63,283 nt of DNA, filler included, from Hyphochytrium catenoides (GCA_900088475.1; 5 parts of 5 records of this genome joined end to end with filler, not necessarily neighbours in it), one strand, 5' to 3'. Numbered from the whole stretch's first letter, positions 49,901 through 62,802 are shown. A program made the numbers and translations. Notes: a model not told the origin generated them from the letters alone.

Positions 49901-52056
49901 TTATCGCATGTCTACCTCGCCCAAGATGCGAAGGCTGGATATGACACAGAAAGGGGAGAAACCACTCTTGACCTCAAAGAGGAGTCGCTCCACGGGAATC
50001 CCACTTAGCTTCTCGACGTGCTTATGCAACTCTAGAGCTGGCTCTCCGTCAGCGAGAGTCGACGGAGGGGGGAAGGTGAGCTCTAACGGCTGGGGATCCG
50101 AGGGCAAGCCAGTGTACTTTGGATGCTGAAACCTCACAACAAGCTGCTCTGCCATTCCCACCGAGAACTGAAGAACAGAGAGCCGCATACTGCTCTTAAA
50201 GACGACCTGAAGTTGCTGAGGGTAGAGGCCTGTTGAGACCCATGGAGAGGATAGAGAAGGGAAAGGATCGAATCGACTGTCAAGCGAAGTAACCACTATA
50301 TCTGCTATCTGGGAAGATGATATCTCCTCCACATTCTTGAGGACTTTGTGATGGATGCTACCAGCTCGCTGGTTGTCCTCTGCGTTCTGTTCTTCATCCT
50401 ATAGATTTTCATGCCAGAAAAATAATCAGGCACGAGCAGAACCTGGGAGAGCAGCAACGTAGAACTAGGGAACGATTATATGTGACACAGAACCAATACA
50501 AGCCGGAAGAAAAAATCCTAAACCAGAGTAGAGGTCGGTTTCCTTAAGGGAACGATGGAAGAAATGGACTGTCGATGGCGAAGAAGCACCCACTCTGTCG
50601 TGGAGCATATGATCTACTTCAGAAAGCAACCCATATGCCCATTTTGACAAATGGACAATGGTCCAAGCCATTCAGACGGTCACTGGGTATCCTGACTGGT
50701 TTCAAGACCTAAGAGGTCATATACATACCTCATTCAGCGCCGGCAGATCATTCTGAGCTCTTGAGGTAACTAGAGGTCTGTCTATCACAGTGCTCTGGCC
50801 TCTCTCGTCCACTACCAGTTTACGGCCAGTTCCTTCAAGACCAAGTTCGAGAGATCTCCGCCGAGGCTTTGGCGCCTATATCGAGTAGTATCCGGGAAAG
50901 TTGTGAATTAGGAAGGGTCAAAAAGATGATTAGTGAATAAGTAGTAGGGCGATGTGGAAAGCGCGACTCAGCTCCAGTAGAGGCTTACATCTTTCAAAGT
51001 CGTTCTCGGCGCAAGCGACATGCCGCCAGATGGAAACTTTCCTTGAGACCCAAGTAAAAACTTTCTAGCCTCCTGCCCTCATGATTGTACCTCCATGACT
51101 TCCTGGTAAGAAGAGCCCAGCACTTTGATGCAAAGTCTGCCAAGGGCTTCCTCAATAAGAAGTAGTAGGTGCCTATACAATCCTGCCGTGCGGACAAAGA
51201 CAAGCGATTAGTGAAGGCTATGTAAAGAAATCTATCAAGAAGAAGATGCGTGGCTGAGATGTGCCTCAGACAAGATCTTTACCCTGAACGTGCAATCTGA
51301 CTGCCCAGGTAGTTCCTGCCGGAAGAGACACTACAAGCCAAGCAACTGCCCAGATGCGCCTCGTCTGATGACTGATGATAACTCAGGAACGACTCGGCTG
51401 CCGACACGAGCAAGCGCAACTGTCAGGTAGAAGCCAGCGACGCTGAGCTCTGTCCTCTTTCCCAATGGCGCTACGTAGGAACTACGAAGAGGAGCTGATG
51501 AGTTTTTGTAGGCCGCGGCGGTTCATGACGTTTGGGCGGATTGGACCGGTACCAGCTATCTGAGCACGGCGTTACCAGCTACTGGAGACATTGGTTCTGA
51601 TCTTTGCCCGAAGGAGTTCCTGATCTCAGGGACCTCTGATCTCATAGTGTACTTCTAGATGTTCTTGAGCTTTGTATCGTCAGAAAGTGAGTCGTATGAG
51701 CCTTCTAACAACCCAGGAAGCCTTAAAGTAAAAGTGTACAGAGCATGACCGGTCTGTGCTGTGAGAGTCTGTCATCTTAGTCATGACAGCTAAGAGTGAG
51801 AAGCAGGGTACAAGTACAGAAGGGCTATCTAGTACGGCGCCAGCAAGGTAGCTGTAGTCTGCAAATAAGAAGAAGTTTACCAAGCCCGGTGCGGCACCCC
51901 TTTCATGGCCTTCCTATAGCAAAGCAAGTCAAAGTGTTACTGGAGCTGGAGGCTTACTTTCATCTGAAGGCTTTAGTCGTCGAGCCAAGAGTAAAGCTCA
52001 AGCTGGCGTCATAGGAGGGGTGAAGAATGGGTTTCTTTCAGGACCTTTCCGAGCGC
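49901..52056 (-). CDS. Multi-exon protein with C-terminal IFT25/HSPB11-like (galactose-binding-fold) domain; 5' end probably cut at the scaffold end
   Basis: Last exon: VVTSLDSRFDP…WVSTGLYPQQLQVVF…LLFEVKSGFSPFCVISSLRILG, resembling IFT25 (W-x-[ST]-TG-x-x-PQ; SG-F-x-x-F). It is preceded by an AG acceptor near 50400 and further open exons (about 50730-50880, 51283-51420). Confidence 0.6.
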
Positions 52057-52156
52057 NNNNNNNNNNNNNNNNNNNNNNNNNNNNNNNNNNNNNNNNNNNN
52101 TTAATTAATTAANNNNNNNNNNNNNNNNNNNNNNNNNNNNNNNNNNNNNNNNNNNN
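52057..52156. other. Artificial scaffold-joining spacer
   Basis: 44 N + TTAATTAATTAA + 44 N. Confidence 0.97.
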
Positions 52157-52734
52157 TACTCAGCTTCTGATAGGCCTCAGACAAGGGCTCCAGCTGGGAG
52201 AAAAATGGTTGCAGATTTAGCCAAGAAAGTCCCGTCTATTCTGCGTTGACCACCCTCCCCTTTCTTCTGTTGCCTGCTCTACTATGTGACCTAATACTGA
52301 CCATTCTGTCTCCTCCTTAGGCTATGGCTCTTCGGCCTATTTCTTTCCTTCTCTCTCCTCCTCTCTCTCTCTTTCTCTTTCCCTTTCTCGCCGGCCTATG
52401 TCTTATCTTTCCTCTTAAGCCATCCCTGCTTTTTGTCTTGCCTCTCTCCTCCCTTCTAGGACTTCTCCGTGGTTTCCTCCCTTTTGTTCCTCCTCCGTTG
52501 TCTATTCCTACCTTTGCAAGCTTCTGCAGCTCCATGTAAGCGCGAAGAATGACTAGAAGAGAGTTCTCCTTGGTAACTTCAAAGATCTCTGTCACCCGTA
52601 AGTCCGTCTCCGGCAGTAGTGAGAGCAGCAGGTAAAGCGTATGCATGTCACGAACTTCATGGAGGCTGAAGAAGGCCGTGGAATAGGGAAAAAGAGAGAA
52701 GGAGTAAGAGAGAAGAGAGAGAGAGAACAGAGAG

Positions 52735-52782
<48 letters not shown>

Positions 52783-53701
52783 GCAGCGAAAGTTAGGGGC
52801 AATAAAAGGCAGGATGACGGTGAGCAGGAAGAATAGAAAAGCCTAAAGTGTAAGAAGGAAGAAAGATCGAAAGACCGGACGGCAGGGTGATGGAGGGTGT
52901 CGGTCCCAAAGCAAGGAGGACGATATAGATATAGGGAGATATGGAGAGAGCCAAGGAGAAGGGGACAGGGGAGAGAAACGTAGAGAAGGAGAGAGGAGAG
53001 ATAAGAGTGAGAGCCGACAGCTTCCTCTTCTCATACAATTTTGGGAGAGCCTCTCTTCTTGATAGCGTCTCTTTTCTAGTTTCCTTGCGCTTGAGCTGAG
53101 AATGAGAAAGACGATATGTCAGACCTCCTGCTTGGCCCAATTAAGTTGCCTCACCGCCACATTTCTCTCCCTCGCTCCTTCTTTGTCTTCCCACCCTGCT
53201 CTATTACCCTGTCTCTCCCTACCTCACCTTGTTCGCTTGCAATCTTTCTGCAAGCTGTTTGATTTCCTGTGCCACTTCTGCAGCTTCTCTCTGACCGAGC
53301 AGGTCCTCAACTCTCCTGAGCGTGACTTGGGAGCTCTTGAGACGGTTCTGGAGCTGGCAGAGAGAGACCAGCGCGAGAGAGAAGAGGAGAGACGGAGAGA
53401 AAGAGAGACGGCAAATTGAGCCAAAGTGTATTCGTGCGGAGATAAAAAGAGGGCAAAATGAGGTCAGGCAGTGAGATGGACAAGTAACGGGAGTAGAGAG
53501 TATATAGCTCTGAGTCTCTTCTGAACCTCGCTCCCTCATTTCCCTTCTCCTTTCTGCATCCCTTCCCCAGGCAGGTGCGCTCACCTCGAAGACCGTGCTC
53601 TTCAAAAATAGTGACTGAATGACGCAGTGATCTCCCTTCGTAAATAGCTGAGTAGGTCACGAGAGAGAAGTTCAGTACAGACGCCAGTGGATTGAAGATG
53701 C

Positions 53702-53744
<43 letters not shown>

Positions 53745-55937
53745 CAGAGAGAGCGCAGGGACGGCTGGGATAGCATGACCCTAGCCACTGACAATAGCGA
53801 GAGAAAGAACAGGAGGAAGAGAGCGTGCTAGACAGAGAGGGTCAAATTTTGAGTACTAAGCAGTAAGAGACTTCGCCGGCGGGACTGACTGACCTTCATT
53901 TGAAGCTCTATCACGGCATCAAGCACTCTGTGAGCTTCCTGAAAGCGGCCTTACGTAGGAGGGAGATGGAGAAGATTAAGATAAAATAAAGGGGCACAAG
54001 CGATAGAAGACTGAATAACACGGAAACACCGTCTCACGGAGAGAGAGAGAGAGAGAGAGAGAGTTATGGAAACTGGGAGTCATCCTTTCTGATACCTGTC
54101 CGTGCGTAGAACATAGCGAGCTCGTGTTCTCTTGGTTGCGAGAAGGCGGTGGCTCCTGTTTCACAAGAAAAGGAGAAGAGTCAGTTCTAAGTCGTGGCAG
54201 AGAGACAGAAGAAAGACGTGAGAAGTAGAGATGAACGAAGGAGTGAGGGACAGAAAGAGAGAGAGGGAGAGAGAGATGTTGGTAGCAGGTAAGAGAGCGG
54301 AGCAAGGGGAAGTTGCAAGGGTAATACCGGCACTTCTGGCTAGAGCAGCTCCGAGTTGCTCTGGAGTTAGTGCTTCAAAGGCTTCAGAAGACACCTGGCG
54401 GACGCTTGCCGCCAATTGCATCAGCTCCTTCGCTCTTTGGAGCTTCTCTTTTCCTTCTGGACATTGTCTTTCTCTTGCCTCTTCTCTTTCTCTTTCAGGC
54501 ATATCCTCACCGTTTCTTGTGGCCACTGCAATGATGTCCCGCACCAGGAGATGAGCCAGGCCCGAAACCATCAGCTGCTTGGCGTAGTTCCTCTGAGCAG
54601 CAGGAGAGCTGAGAGAAAGGGAGAGCGCGGAAGACGATAGACCAATACAGGGCTCGGCTTCAGAAGGGAGAGATGAGAGAGAGACGAGCTGGTGCGTGCC
54701 TAGTCCTGGTTCTTTATGTACATTTGCTGCGCAGATGGTGCAGAAGTTGAGCTTGCAGTTCTTGCACCGGACAGCCTCCTCCTTCTGACGGCAAAGAGGG
54801 CAAGGCTTGGCCAACGGGTCTACGAATGTACAGGCCGAGAGTTGAAGGTAGAGTAAGGAGGATCGTAGAGTCTAAAGAACAAAAAAAGGAGGTTCAATTG
54901 TGAAGAGAGAGGCACGGATTGAACGTAGCAAATGTGTGGCGAGAGAGAGAACAAACGAGAGGAGAGAGAGAGGGGGGGGAAGAGAGAGAGAGAGAGAGAA
55001 AGAAAGCGAGAGAAAGAGAGAGAGAGAGAAAGAAAGAGAAAGATGGGAAAAGAGAGAAAGAGCTCGAAAGAAGATTGAGAGAGCATTAGAAAAGAAGAGA
55101 AGGAATGGGAAGGCGGGAAAGAGAGAGAAAGAGAGAGGAAAGATGGTGGCGGAAAAAGAAGAGAGCTTCCCAGACTGAAGCCAAGATAGTGTGCCAACTC
55201 GACTCAAGGACGGAAAGAGGTTTCGGGAAGACTACCTCGAGGACGAACAGCTAAGGCTGGACGTTGTCTAAGGTTTCGAGGCCTTCGCCGTTTAGCTTCT
55301 TCCATTCTATCTTCTTCTCTCTCTTCTTCTTCCCTCAGTTGCGCCTCAGCTCTCTCCTTCCGTGACATGACTGATAGGGGGAAGGTTGTTAAACCAGGAC
55401 GTACAAAGCCTAAGATTTTCTTGGCTAGCTTACCAATCTGACTCTCTTTCTTCACATCATCAGGATATTCGTTCTCCTCAGGGCTTAGGGAAGAGCTGGC
55501 AAGCATCTTTTTCCTCTTCTCTTCCATACGAAGTCGCCTCTGTTCCAGTTCTTTCTCTCTCTTCTCTCTCTCCTCTTGAGTGACAGTCTCTATGCTACCT
55601 TTCATTTTAACTTTCCTGAGGAGAGACACAACCTCCCCTCTCTCTTCCCTCACGGCATGCTCTAGGGTGTCAACGCCTCTCAGGTCCGCGGCGAAGGGAG
55701 AAGCACCAGCTTCAAGAAGAAGCCTGACAATCTAGGGACAGCAAAAGTATGAGAGGAGAGAGAGGCGAACAACTTTGAAGTCAAACACGGACTCGGTATG
55801 TAGAGGTAACGAAAGCAAGCGGAAGACAACGAGCGAGCAAGGAAGAAAAGTAAAGAAATGTGTACTAAAAAGAATGACCAATGAGATAACCAAGCAAGTG
55901 GAGCGAGCAGAAAGAGAAAGAGAGTGCGAAGAGAATG

Positions 55938-56004
<67 letters not shown>

Positions 56005-58097
56005 TAAAGAGAGAGAGAGAGAGAGAGAGAGAAGAGAGAGCGGAAAGAGAGAAGACAGAGAGAGAAGAGAGAGAGAGCGCACGGAGGCATTGTCTGGCAT
56101 ATAGTCTCATATAACCGCTACTGGCGCGTCCTTACCTGTTCCTTGCCTGCCATGCAAGCCAACAGTAGCGCTGTCTGCCCGTTGCTATTTACATAGTTGA
56201 CGTCAAACACCTACGGGAGAGGGTGACAGAGGGAACAGAACAGAAAGGTTAGCGCCACGTTTCACAGGGACAGACAAGGAGAAGAAGTTAAGCACAGAGA
56301 TGAGGGAACAGCAAGCTTTTATCTCGTCACCGCGGATGAGCATAGCAGAGAGAGAGAGAGTGTGTGAGAGAAGAATAGACAGAGAGATAGGGTGTTCATA
56401 TACAGAGAGTGTGGCAGGCAATACTGAGAGAGACACGGGGAATTAGAGAGAGAAGGAGAGAGAGAGAGAACGAAAGAAAGAGAGAGAAAAAGAGAGAAAG
56501 GTAAGGAAGGAGAGAGAGAGAGAAAGCGTTGGGCGTGGAGAAGGGAAAGCCTGTGAATGAGAGCATGGAGACAATAGCAACATAGCGGCGGACTGGAGCC
56601 GAACTTTCGCCTTGCCTTCTGCGCTAGTAAGTCTCTCACTGTCGCCTCTCTCTCCTCCTGAACATGTTTCTGGAGCAAGGTCAATCCTCCGCACTCTGTT
56701 TCTGGTGAGAGGAAGACAGCGACTGATGGCTGTGACGGTTCTTTCCCTTCTTCGACTGGGGCGGACAGGACGCCCAGGTGGACGGGAGAGGCGGTGGGCA
56801 GAGGAAGAGAAGCTGAGGGAGAGAGAAGATAGTGCAGACAGTCCGCCCATCGGCCGAGGTCGAAGAGAGATGCAAATTGCTGAAGGAGCTCTCCATGCTT
56901 TTCCTCTACTTTTTGATGGAGGGCAGCGAGCTCTTCCTCTAACGAAAAGATCTTTTTCTCTGCTTCCTCTCTCTCCTCGGGTGTCAGTTCTTCCGGTTCT
57001 TCCTCACTCTCTTCCTCCTGGCGCTTGCTTCTCTCTTCTTCTTCTCTCTTCTGACGCTCTTCCTCCTCTTTTCTTGCTGCTGCTCTCCGACGGAGCTCCG
57101 CATTCTCTAAACCTGCTCCACTCTTAGAAGGCGTCAGGGGCCGCGCGGCTTTGCTCTTAAGCAAGTTTGTTAGCCTCTTCCGTTGCTGGGCACTGAGTCC
57201 ATCATCGTCATCGAGTTCGAGAGAGGAGGCGAGAGAGAAGGGCTTGCTACTCTTCTTTCCTCTCTTCTTCTCCCCTTTCTTCTCTTTTTGGTAGGTCTTC
57301 TTTCTGCTTCTTTTCCTAGGAGTCTTTTTCAACTTCTCTTCTCCATCAGATCGCTCGCTCTCTGACTCTCTCTGCTTGGTGGAGTCTCCCTTCTCTTCTT
57401 TCCCTTCGATCTGCTGATGTACAACCTCTATTTCTATACGATCCTCGTTCGCCTTCTTTCCTCGCTCCTCTGACTCTTTCTTCTTCTCTCTTTTCTTTCG
57501 TTTCCTTCGGTAGTTAACTCTAGCTCGCAGGAGTGATATCTCTCTGTTCTTCTCGGCCATGGACGTAAGGAGAGGAGAGGAAAGCCGTGCAATGTAGGAG
57601 AAAGTGTGCTCTCCCTCGGCATCTACGGCTTCAACCATTGCCAAGGACTTCAGCAGTGAGGATGCCTGAAGAAGAAAGAGCACGCAAAAGATGGTAGAGA
57701 GAGAGAGAGGAGAGAAAGAGAGTGAGTCAGGACTAGGGAGCCAAGAGAGATAGAAAGATAGACATTGACCGTTTATGAGAAGGATATTCAAGGGAGAATC
57801 AGAAAGAAGGAAATAGGATCCAGATACAGAAGAAAGAAACACCTACGCGAGCTGAGGATGATAAAGATGAGAGTCGGAGAGAGAGAGAGACGGTGCTGGA
57901 CTGACCACAATGGCGTGTCTCCCCTTGCACGCGGCCATTAACGCTGTCATCCGCTTCTCTGTACACAGAGGGTTCAGGTTGAGGCGGCCTCCCAAGTTCT
58001 CCAGAAAGAATTGCACTATCTCACTGCGACCTAGCAGAGAAGCCAGGTAGAGAGCTGTGACGCTCTGAGACACAGCGCTGGGATAGCAGCAGATGGC

Positions 58098-58191
<94 letters not shown>

Positions 58192-58324
58192 TGTTCAGGG
58201 ACGCTTTCATGTATGGACCCAAGCGGCCTGAACTGCTGGGAGGGAGAGGAGGGGAGGGGAAGGAGGATAGAGAGAGAAAAAGAGAGCGAAGAAACATATA
58301 TATTCATAAAAAAAGAGAGAGAAT

Positions 58325-58370
<46 letters not shown>

Positions 58371-58612
58371 AGGGAGAGACACAAAGCAGTCAAGAAAAGA
58401 AATAAGGACGCAGGTCATCTCACGGCATGCTCTACCTGCTTTGTCTATTGAAGTCAGCTCCGAGCTCTATGAGCACCCGGCAAAAGCTCAGATCGTCCGC
58501 AATGATCGCCACCAAGAGAGGAGTTAGACCTTGGCCGTTCTCCATATCAAGAGAAGCCCCTGAAGCCATAGGACAAAGGTGACGCAGGAAAGCGAAAGTG
58601 AGAGAGAGAGAA

Positions 58613-58643
<31 letters not shown>

Positions 58644-59371
58644 AAGGAAGAGAAATTTAAAAGAAGGACGACGTAGCGAAGCTAGGAGAACGGGCCAGAT
58701 CCGAGAACGAAATGAGGAACATAAGCCGTGAAAAGGGAGACGAAACGTTGAAAGACAGCGCTCCTAAGAGGAAGCACCCGCCAGGAGAAAAATAAATGGA
58801 GAGACAGAGAGAGGCCGCAACCTACCCATGGCGACAAGAGTTCTGACAAGGTCTTCCCGGCGCTCAGCAACGGCCAAAGTGAGAGGAGTCAGGCCTCGAG
58901 GGCCGACGATATTACATAGCTCACTAGCAGCAATTACAGCCAGGTGGCAGTGAAGAAGGAAAGACAAAGGGCAGCGCGAGGAAGGAAGAGAGAGAAATAG
59001 ACAGAGACGCACAGAGAGGGAGAGGGGAGGAAGAGAGACAGGGATGAGACAGGATGGAACTGAGGACAGTAATTCCAGAACAGAGTCGACAGGGCGACTA
59101 CTGCTAATAGGATAGGAAGAGCAGGGAGGAGACGAACGATGAGACCTCAACGACTTTCAAAAGGCGCTCGCGTAACAAACCGTAAGAGCGAAAGAGAGAA
59201 GAGCATTGGAAAGATAGAGAGAGGAGGAGAGAGGGAGGGTGATGTGGAGAGAGAGGAGAAAAGACAGTATAAAGAGACTTCTATAGAACGAAAGAGGGAA
59301 AATTAAGAGGCTCACACCGTAGGACCGGAGAAGATGAAGCTTCTTCGTCTCCTTTGACAAACTCTAAGAGC
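52157..59371 (-). CDS. Ankyrin-repeat + B-box zinc finger + coiled-coil protein (partial, spans the whole scaffold)
   Basis: Ankyrin exons GLTPLTLAVAERREDLVRTLVAMG, GLTPLLVAIIADDLSFCRVLIELGADFN, TALYLASLLGRSEIVQFFLE, MTALMAACKGRHAIV and NSNGQTALL. B-box CPLCRQKEEAVRCKNCKLNFCTICAANVHKEPGLGTHQL (about 54690-54805). KE-rich coils. Introns are filled with (CT)n on the sense strand. Confidence 0.8.
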
Positions 59372-59471
59372 NNNNNNNNNNNNNNNNNNNNNNNNNNNNN
59401 NNNNNNNNNNNNNNNTTAATTAATTAANNNNNNNNNNNNNNNNNNNNNNNNNNNNNNNNNNNNNNNNNNNN
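59372..59471. other. Artificial scaffold-joining spacer
   Basis: 44 N + TTAATTAATTAA + 44 N. Confidence 0.97.
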
Positions 59472-59519
59472 TGTCGGGGTAACGTACTTCACACTATAGC
59501 TTAGTCCGACAGAACATTT

Positions 59520-60412
59520 ACATCTTCCCAGCCATTAAGAAGTGCGCTCTATTTCCGCACAACCTCCACGTCCTGCCGTGTTGATGGTATTCCCCTGGTT
59601 TACGCACTATTCGGTCATTTGTCGATAAATATTGCCGTTAGCCGTATTTATGGGCCTCCTGTTCTATTGACAAGTAACGACATCTTCTCAGCCATTAAGA
59701 AGTGCGCTCTCTTTCCGTACAACCTCCACTTCTTGCCGTGTTGATGGTTTTTCCCTCGATTTCCGCACAATCCGGTCACGTTGCTATCGATGACTGTTAT
59801 CGTTAGCGGTATTTATGGGCCTCCTGTCCTATTGACAAGTAACGGGCACCGTGTATATCTTCTCAGCCATTAAGAAGTGCGCTCTTTCTTCCGTACAACC
59901 ACCGTGTATATCTTCTCAGCCATTAAGAAGTGCGCTCTTTCTTCCGTACAACCTCCACTTCTTGCCGTGTTGATGGTTTTTCTCTCGATTTCCGCACAAT
60001 CCGGTCACGTTTGTGTCGATACCTCTTATCGTTAGCGGTACCTCCTGTCTTCTTGACAAGAAACGGGCACCGTGTACAACTTCTCAGCCATTAAGAAGTG
60101 CGCTCGTTTTTCCATACAACCTCCACTTCTTGCCGTGTTGATGGTTTTTCTCTCGATTTCCGCACAATCCGGTCACGTTTGTGTGGACAACTCTTATCGT
60201 TAGCGGTACCTCCTGTCTTCTTGACAAGAAACGGGCACCATGTACATCTTCTCAGCCATTAAGAAGTGCGCTCTTTCGTCTTGCCGTGGTGATGGTTTTT
60301 CCTTTTTCCCTCGATTTCCGCACAATCCGGTTACATTGGGCGATAAATCTTATCGTTAGCGGTACTCTGGGCCTGTTGTCTTCTTTGTTGACAAGAAACG
60401 GCCACTGTGTAT
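59520..60412. repeat. Tandem satellite-like repeat, unit about 160-175 bp, about 5 copies plus a 53-bp partial duplication
   Basis: The core CTTCTCAGCCATTAAGAAGTGCGCTC recurs near 59524, 59684, 59859, 59912, 60080 and 60248. Intervening blocks (GCCGTGTTGATGGT, CGCACAATCCGGTCAC, CGTTAGCGGTA, TTGACAAG) are also conserved. Confidence 0.93.
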
Positions 60413-60545
60413 CGAAAACAAATAGATAAAAAATGATATTATCGAAGAATAATTATGGATATCATTCTAAATATATGTTCTTGCCAGGTTGCGGGGGCTG
60501 GGTGCATCATCGAATGGAACGCTGACTCAGGGAAGTGAGAGAAGA

Positions 60546-60589
<44 letters not shown>

Positions 60590-61118
60590 CAAAAGAAGAC
60601 CGAGATGAGAGAGGAATAAGAGACAGAAACGGCCAAGCCTCATGACAGACGTGTTAAAAAAGAAAAACCTAAAAGAGAGGAAAGCGCCTGCATTGACACT
60701 AAGGCCTTAGCTCTTATGACGTGCTCTTCTTGAACAAGTTTCCTTGAGGGCAAAGTGCGTAGAGGGAAAGCTGTTCGAGCCTTCAGTTCTCATCATCAAT
60801 TTTCAAAGAGCATAAAGCCCGGCAGGGGCTGGGATGGGAGAGCGAGAAACTGACAGAAGTGACATAGATCTTGCTGCGTCCCCTCTCCGGTATTTCCCCG
60901 CTTGGAGTGTCAGCTGTCTTATCCATGTCTCTGTCTTCTGGCTCTCGGTCTGCCTCTCTCTCCCTTTCTCTCTTTCTCTTTCAGTCTCTCTCTTCCTCTC
61001 TCCTCTCGGATGACTGGCTATGAGGAGGAAAGGGTCATGTGCACATAACTACTATTATTTGCCTCGTTTAGGTGATCTCTCTCTCTCCCCGTGACTTGAG
61101 GAAGGAGAACGAGAGCGG

Positions 61119-61218
61119 NNNNNNNNNNNNNNNNNNNNNNNNNNNNNNNNNNNNNNNNNNNNTTAATTAATTAANNNNNNNNNNNNNNNNNNNNNNNNNN
61201 NNNNNNNNNNNNNNNNNN
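61119..61218. other. Artificial scaffold-joining spacer
   Basis: 44 N + TTAATTAATTAA + 44 N. Confidence 0.97.
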
Positions 61219-62020
61219 TGCATTAGCCCACTGCCCTAACCTTCTTCCCTAACTCGCTGCCCTAACCCGCTGCCCCAACCCGTTGCTTTAACCTGCTACC
61301 CTAGCCCGCTGCCCTAAAAGCCTGCCTTACCCTTGCCCTACCGACTGTTCTTAGTTGCTGCCCTTACGCGGTCCCTTATCTTATCGTTACCCCACTGCCT
61401 ATCCCTAACCCACTGCCCATTCTTACCCGCTTCCTATCTTATTGTATTCCGGTACCCATCCCTATCTCACTCCCTATCCCTAACCCGCTGCCCTTTCCTT
61501 AACCCTAACCTGCCGCACTAACCCAACCCCCTAACCCGCTGCCCTATCCGTCTCTTACCCGCTACCCTTACGCGTTCCCTTATCTTACCGTTAGCCCGTT
61601 GCCTTTCCCGAACCCACTACCTAACCCTTACCGCTCCCTATCTTATTGTATTCCGCTACCCCATCCCTAACCCACTGCCTTATCCCCAACTCGCTATCCT
61701 TTCTTATCCGCTAGCTAGCTCCGCTGCTCTATCTCTTATCCCACTGTTCTTCCTTACCCGCTAGCTAACCCGCTGTTCTTTCTTTTATCCCTAATTCTTT
61801 CCCGACCTGCTGCGCTTGCTAACCCTCCTGTTCTGCTCGGTATCTCTAACCCTAAGCCATTTACTAGCCCGCTGCTCATTCTCATCTTCGCTGGCCTTGT
61901 TGTATCCAGCTGCTCTTTTCCTAAACGGCTGCTACTTCTACCCGTTCTTTAATTCGCTCACTGACCCGCTCAGTACTGCGCCAAACCCATTCCAAACTGC
62001 TAACTACTCTCTAACCCATC
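61219..62020 (+). repeat. Degenerate telomere-like/subtelomeric repeat (CCCTAA-containing, about 13-bp unit CCCTAACCCGCTG)
   Basis: Repeated CCCTAAC, CCCTATC and CCCGCTG variants begin at the scaffold start, with the C-rich strand on + as at a left chromosome end. A block is duplicated at about 204-bp offset (TCTTATTGTATTCC at 61437 and 61641). Confidence 0.7.
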
Positions 62021-62802
62021 TTTTCCTTCCGGGTTTTTCTTCCGGGTTGTTGCGCGGCCGGAGGCGCTCCTCCGCAGTCTGGTGGATGGTCTTCTTCAGA
62101 GCTTGTACTACTGATCTGGAAAGCTACGGGAGATCGAGGCTGCCTGATGCTTTGCCCACTAGTCAAGGTTGCAAGACCAGCCGGAATCTTGTCTCTCCGC
62201 TCTCTCCTATCAGCCTCGTTCACCAGTGTGGACATGACGAACTCTGGAGTTGGAACAGTTCTATCAGGGAATGCACTTTATCGCCAGGATAAAGCTGTCA
62301 TAGCTCTTCGGCAAGCTGTTGAAGAGTCTCAAGACAAAGTCACCGTCTCCCACCGCATACGGTGTCTCATCTAGGTTGTTCCTTAGATCCATCAAGTCTC
62401 CCAAATGTCTTTTGACAGATCCTCCTTCTGCTAACTGGAGATTCAGGAATCTCATCTTCAAGACTTCTGGGTCGTCAATCCCGTTGTTCTGGTAGACTTT
62501 CTGTAAGGCCTGCCATTCTTTTCCAGGGGTGTTCGTCCCTTCACGTACACTCTCTGTGCCTTCTCAATGGTCATGCATATGTAGGCATAAGATCTCTCTG
62601 CAGCTTCCTCTGTCTTGGGATCATATGAGTAGGATTCTTTCTTGTCCAGCGCTATCAGCTCAGGCTGAAAGACCTTCCATCAGTTCTCCTTCCGGAGGAA
62701 GTGCTCCATCTCATATGCCCAATCCCGGTAATTGTCAAAACTGAGCTTCTCTACGGCAAAGGCGCCCTTAGAGGTCGAGAAAGTGCGCTTCGTGCTATCC
62801 AA
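62011..62802 (-). mobile_element. Decayed Ty1/copia LTR-retrotransposon gag fragment (pseudogene)
   Basis: Manual translation: VEKLSFDNYRDWAYEMEHFLRKEN*WKVF…AERSYAYICMTI…(frameshift)TPGKEWQALQKVY…LKMRFLNLQL…SVKRHLGDL…VLRLFNSLPKSYDSFI…(frameshift). KLxxxNYxxW, WxxLxxxY and LxSLPxSY are copia gag (UBN2/Retrotran_gag_2) motifs. There is one in-frame stop and two frameshifts, and no pol. Confidence 0.82.

Noticed and set aside
59520-60412. CRISPR array (recurring 26-bp core with apparent spacers)
   Set aside because: The 'spacers' are homologous to each other and about 140 bp long, there are no cas genes, and the context is eukaryotic. It is a tandem repeat.
62678-62684. In-frame TGA in the copia gag as readthrough or a variant genetic code
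   Set aside because: The same fragment has two frameshifts and other genes use TGA as a normal stop; simple decay explains it.
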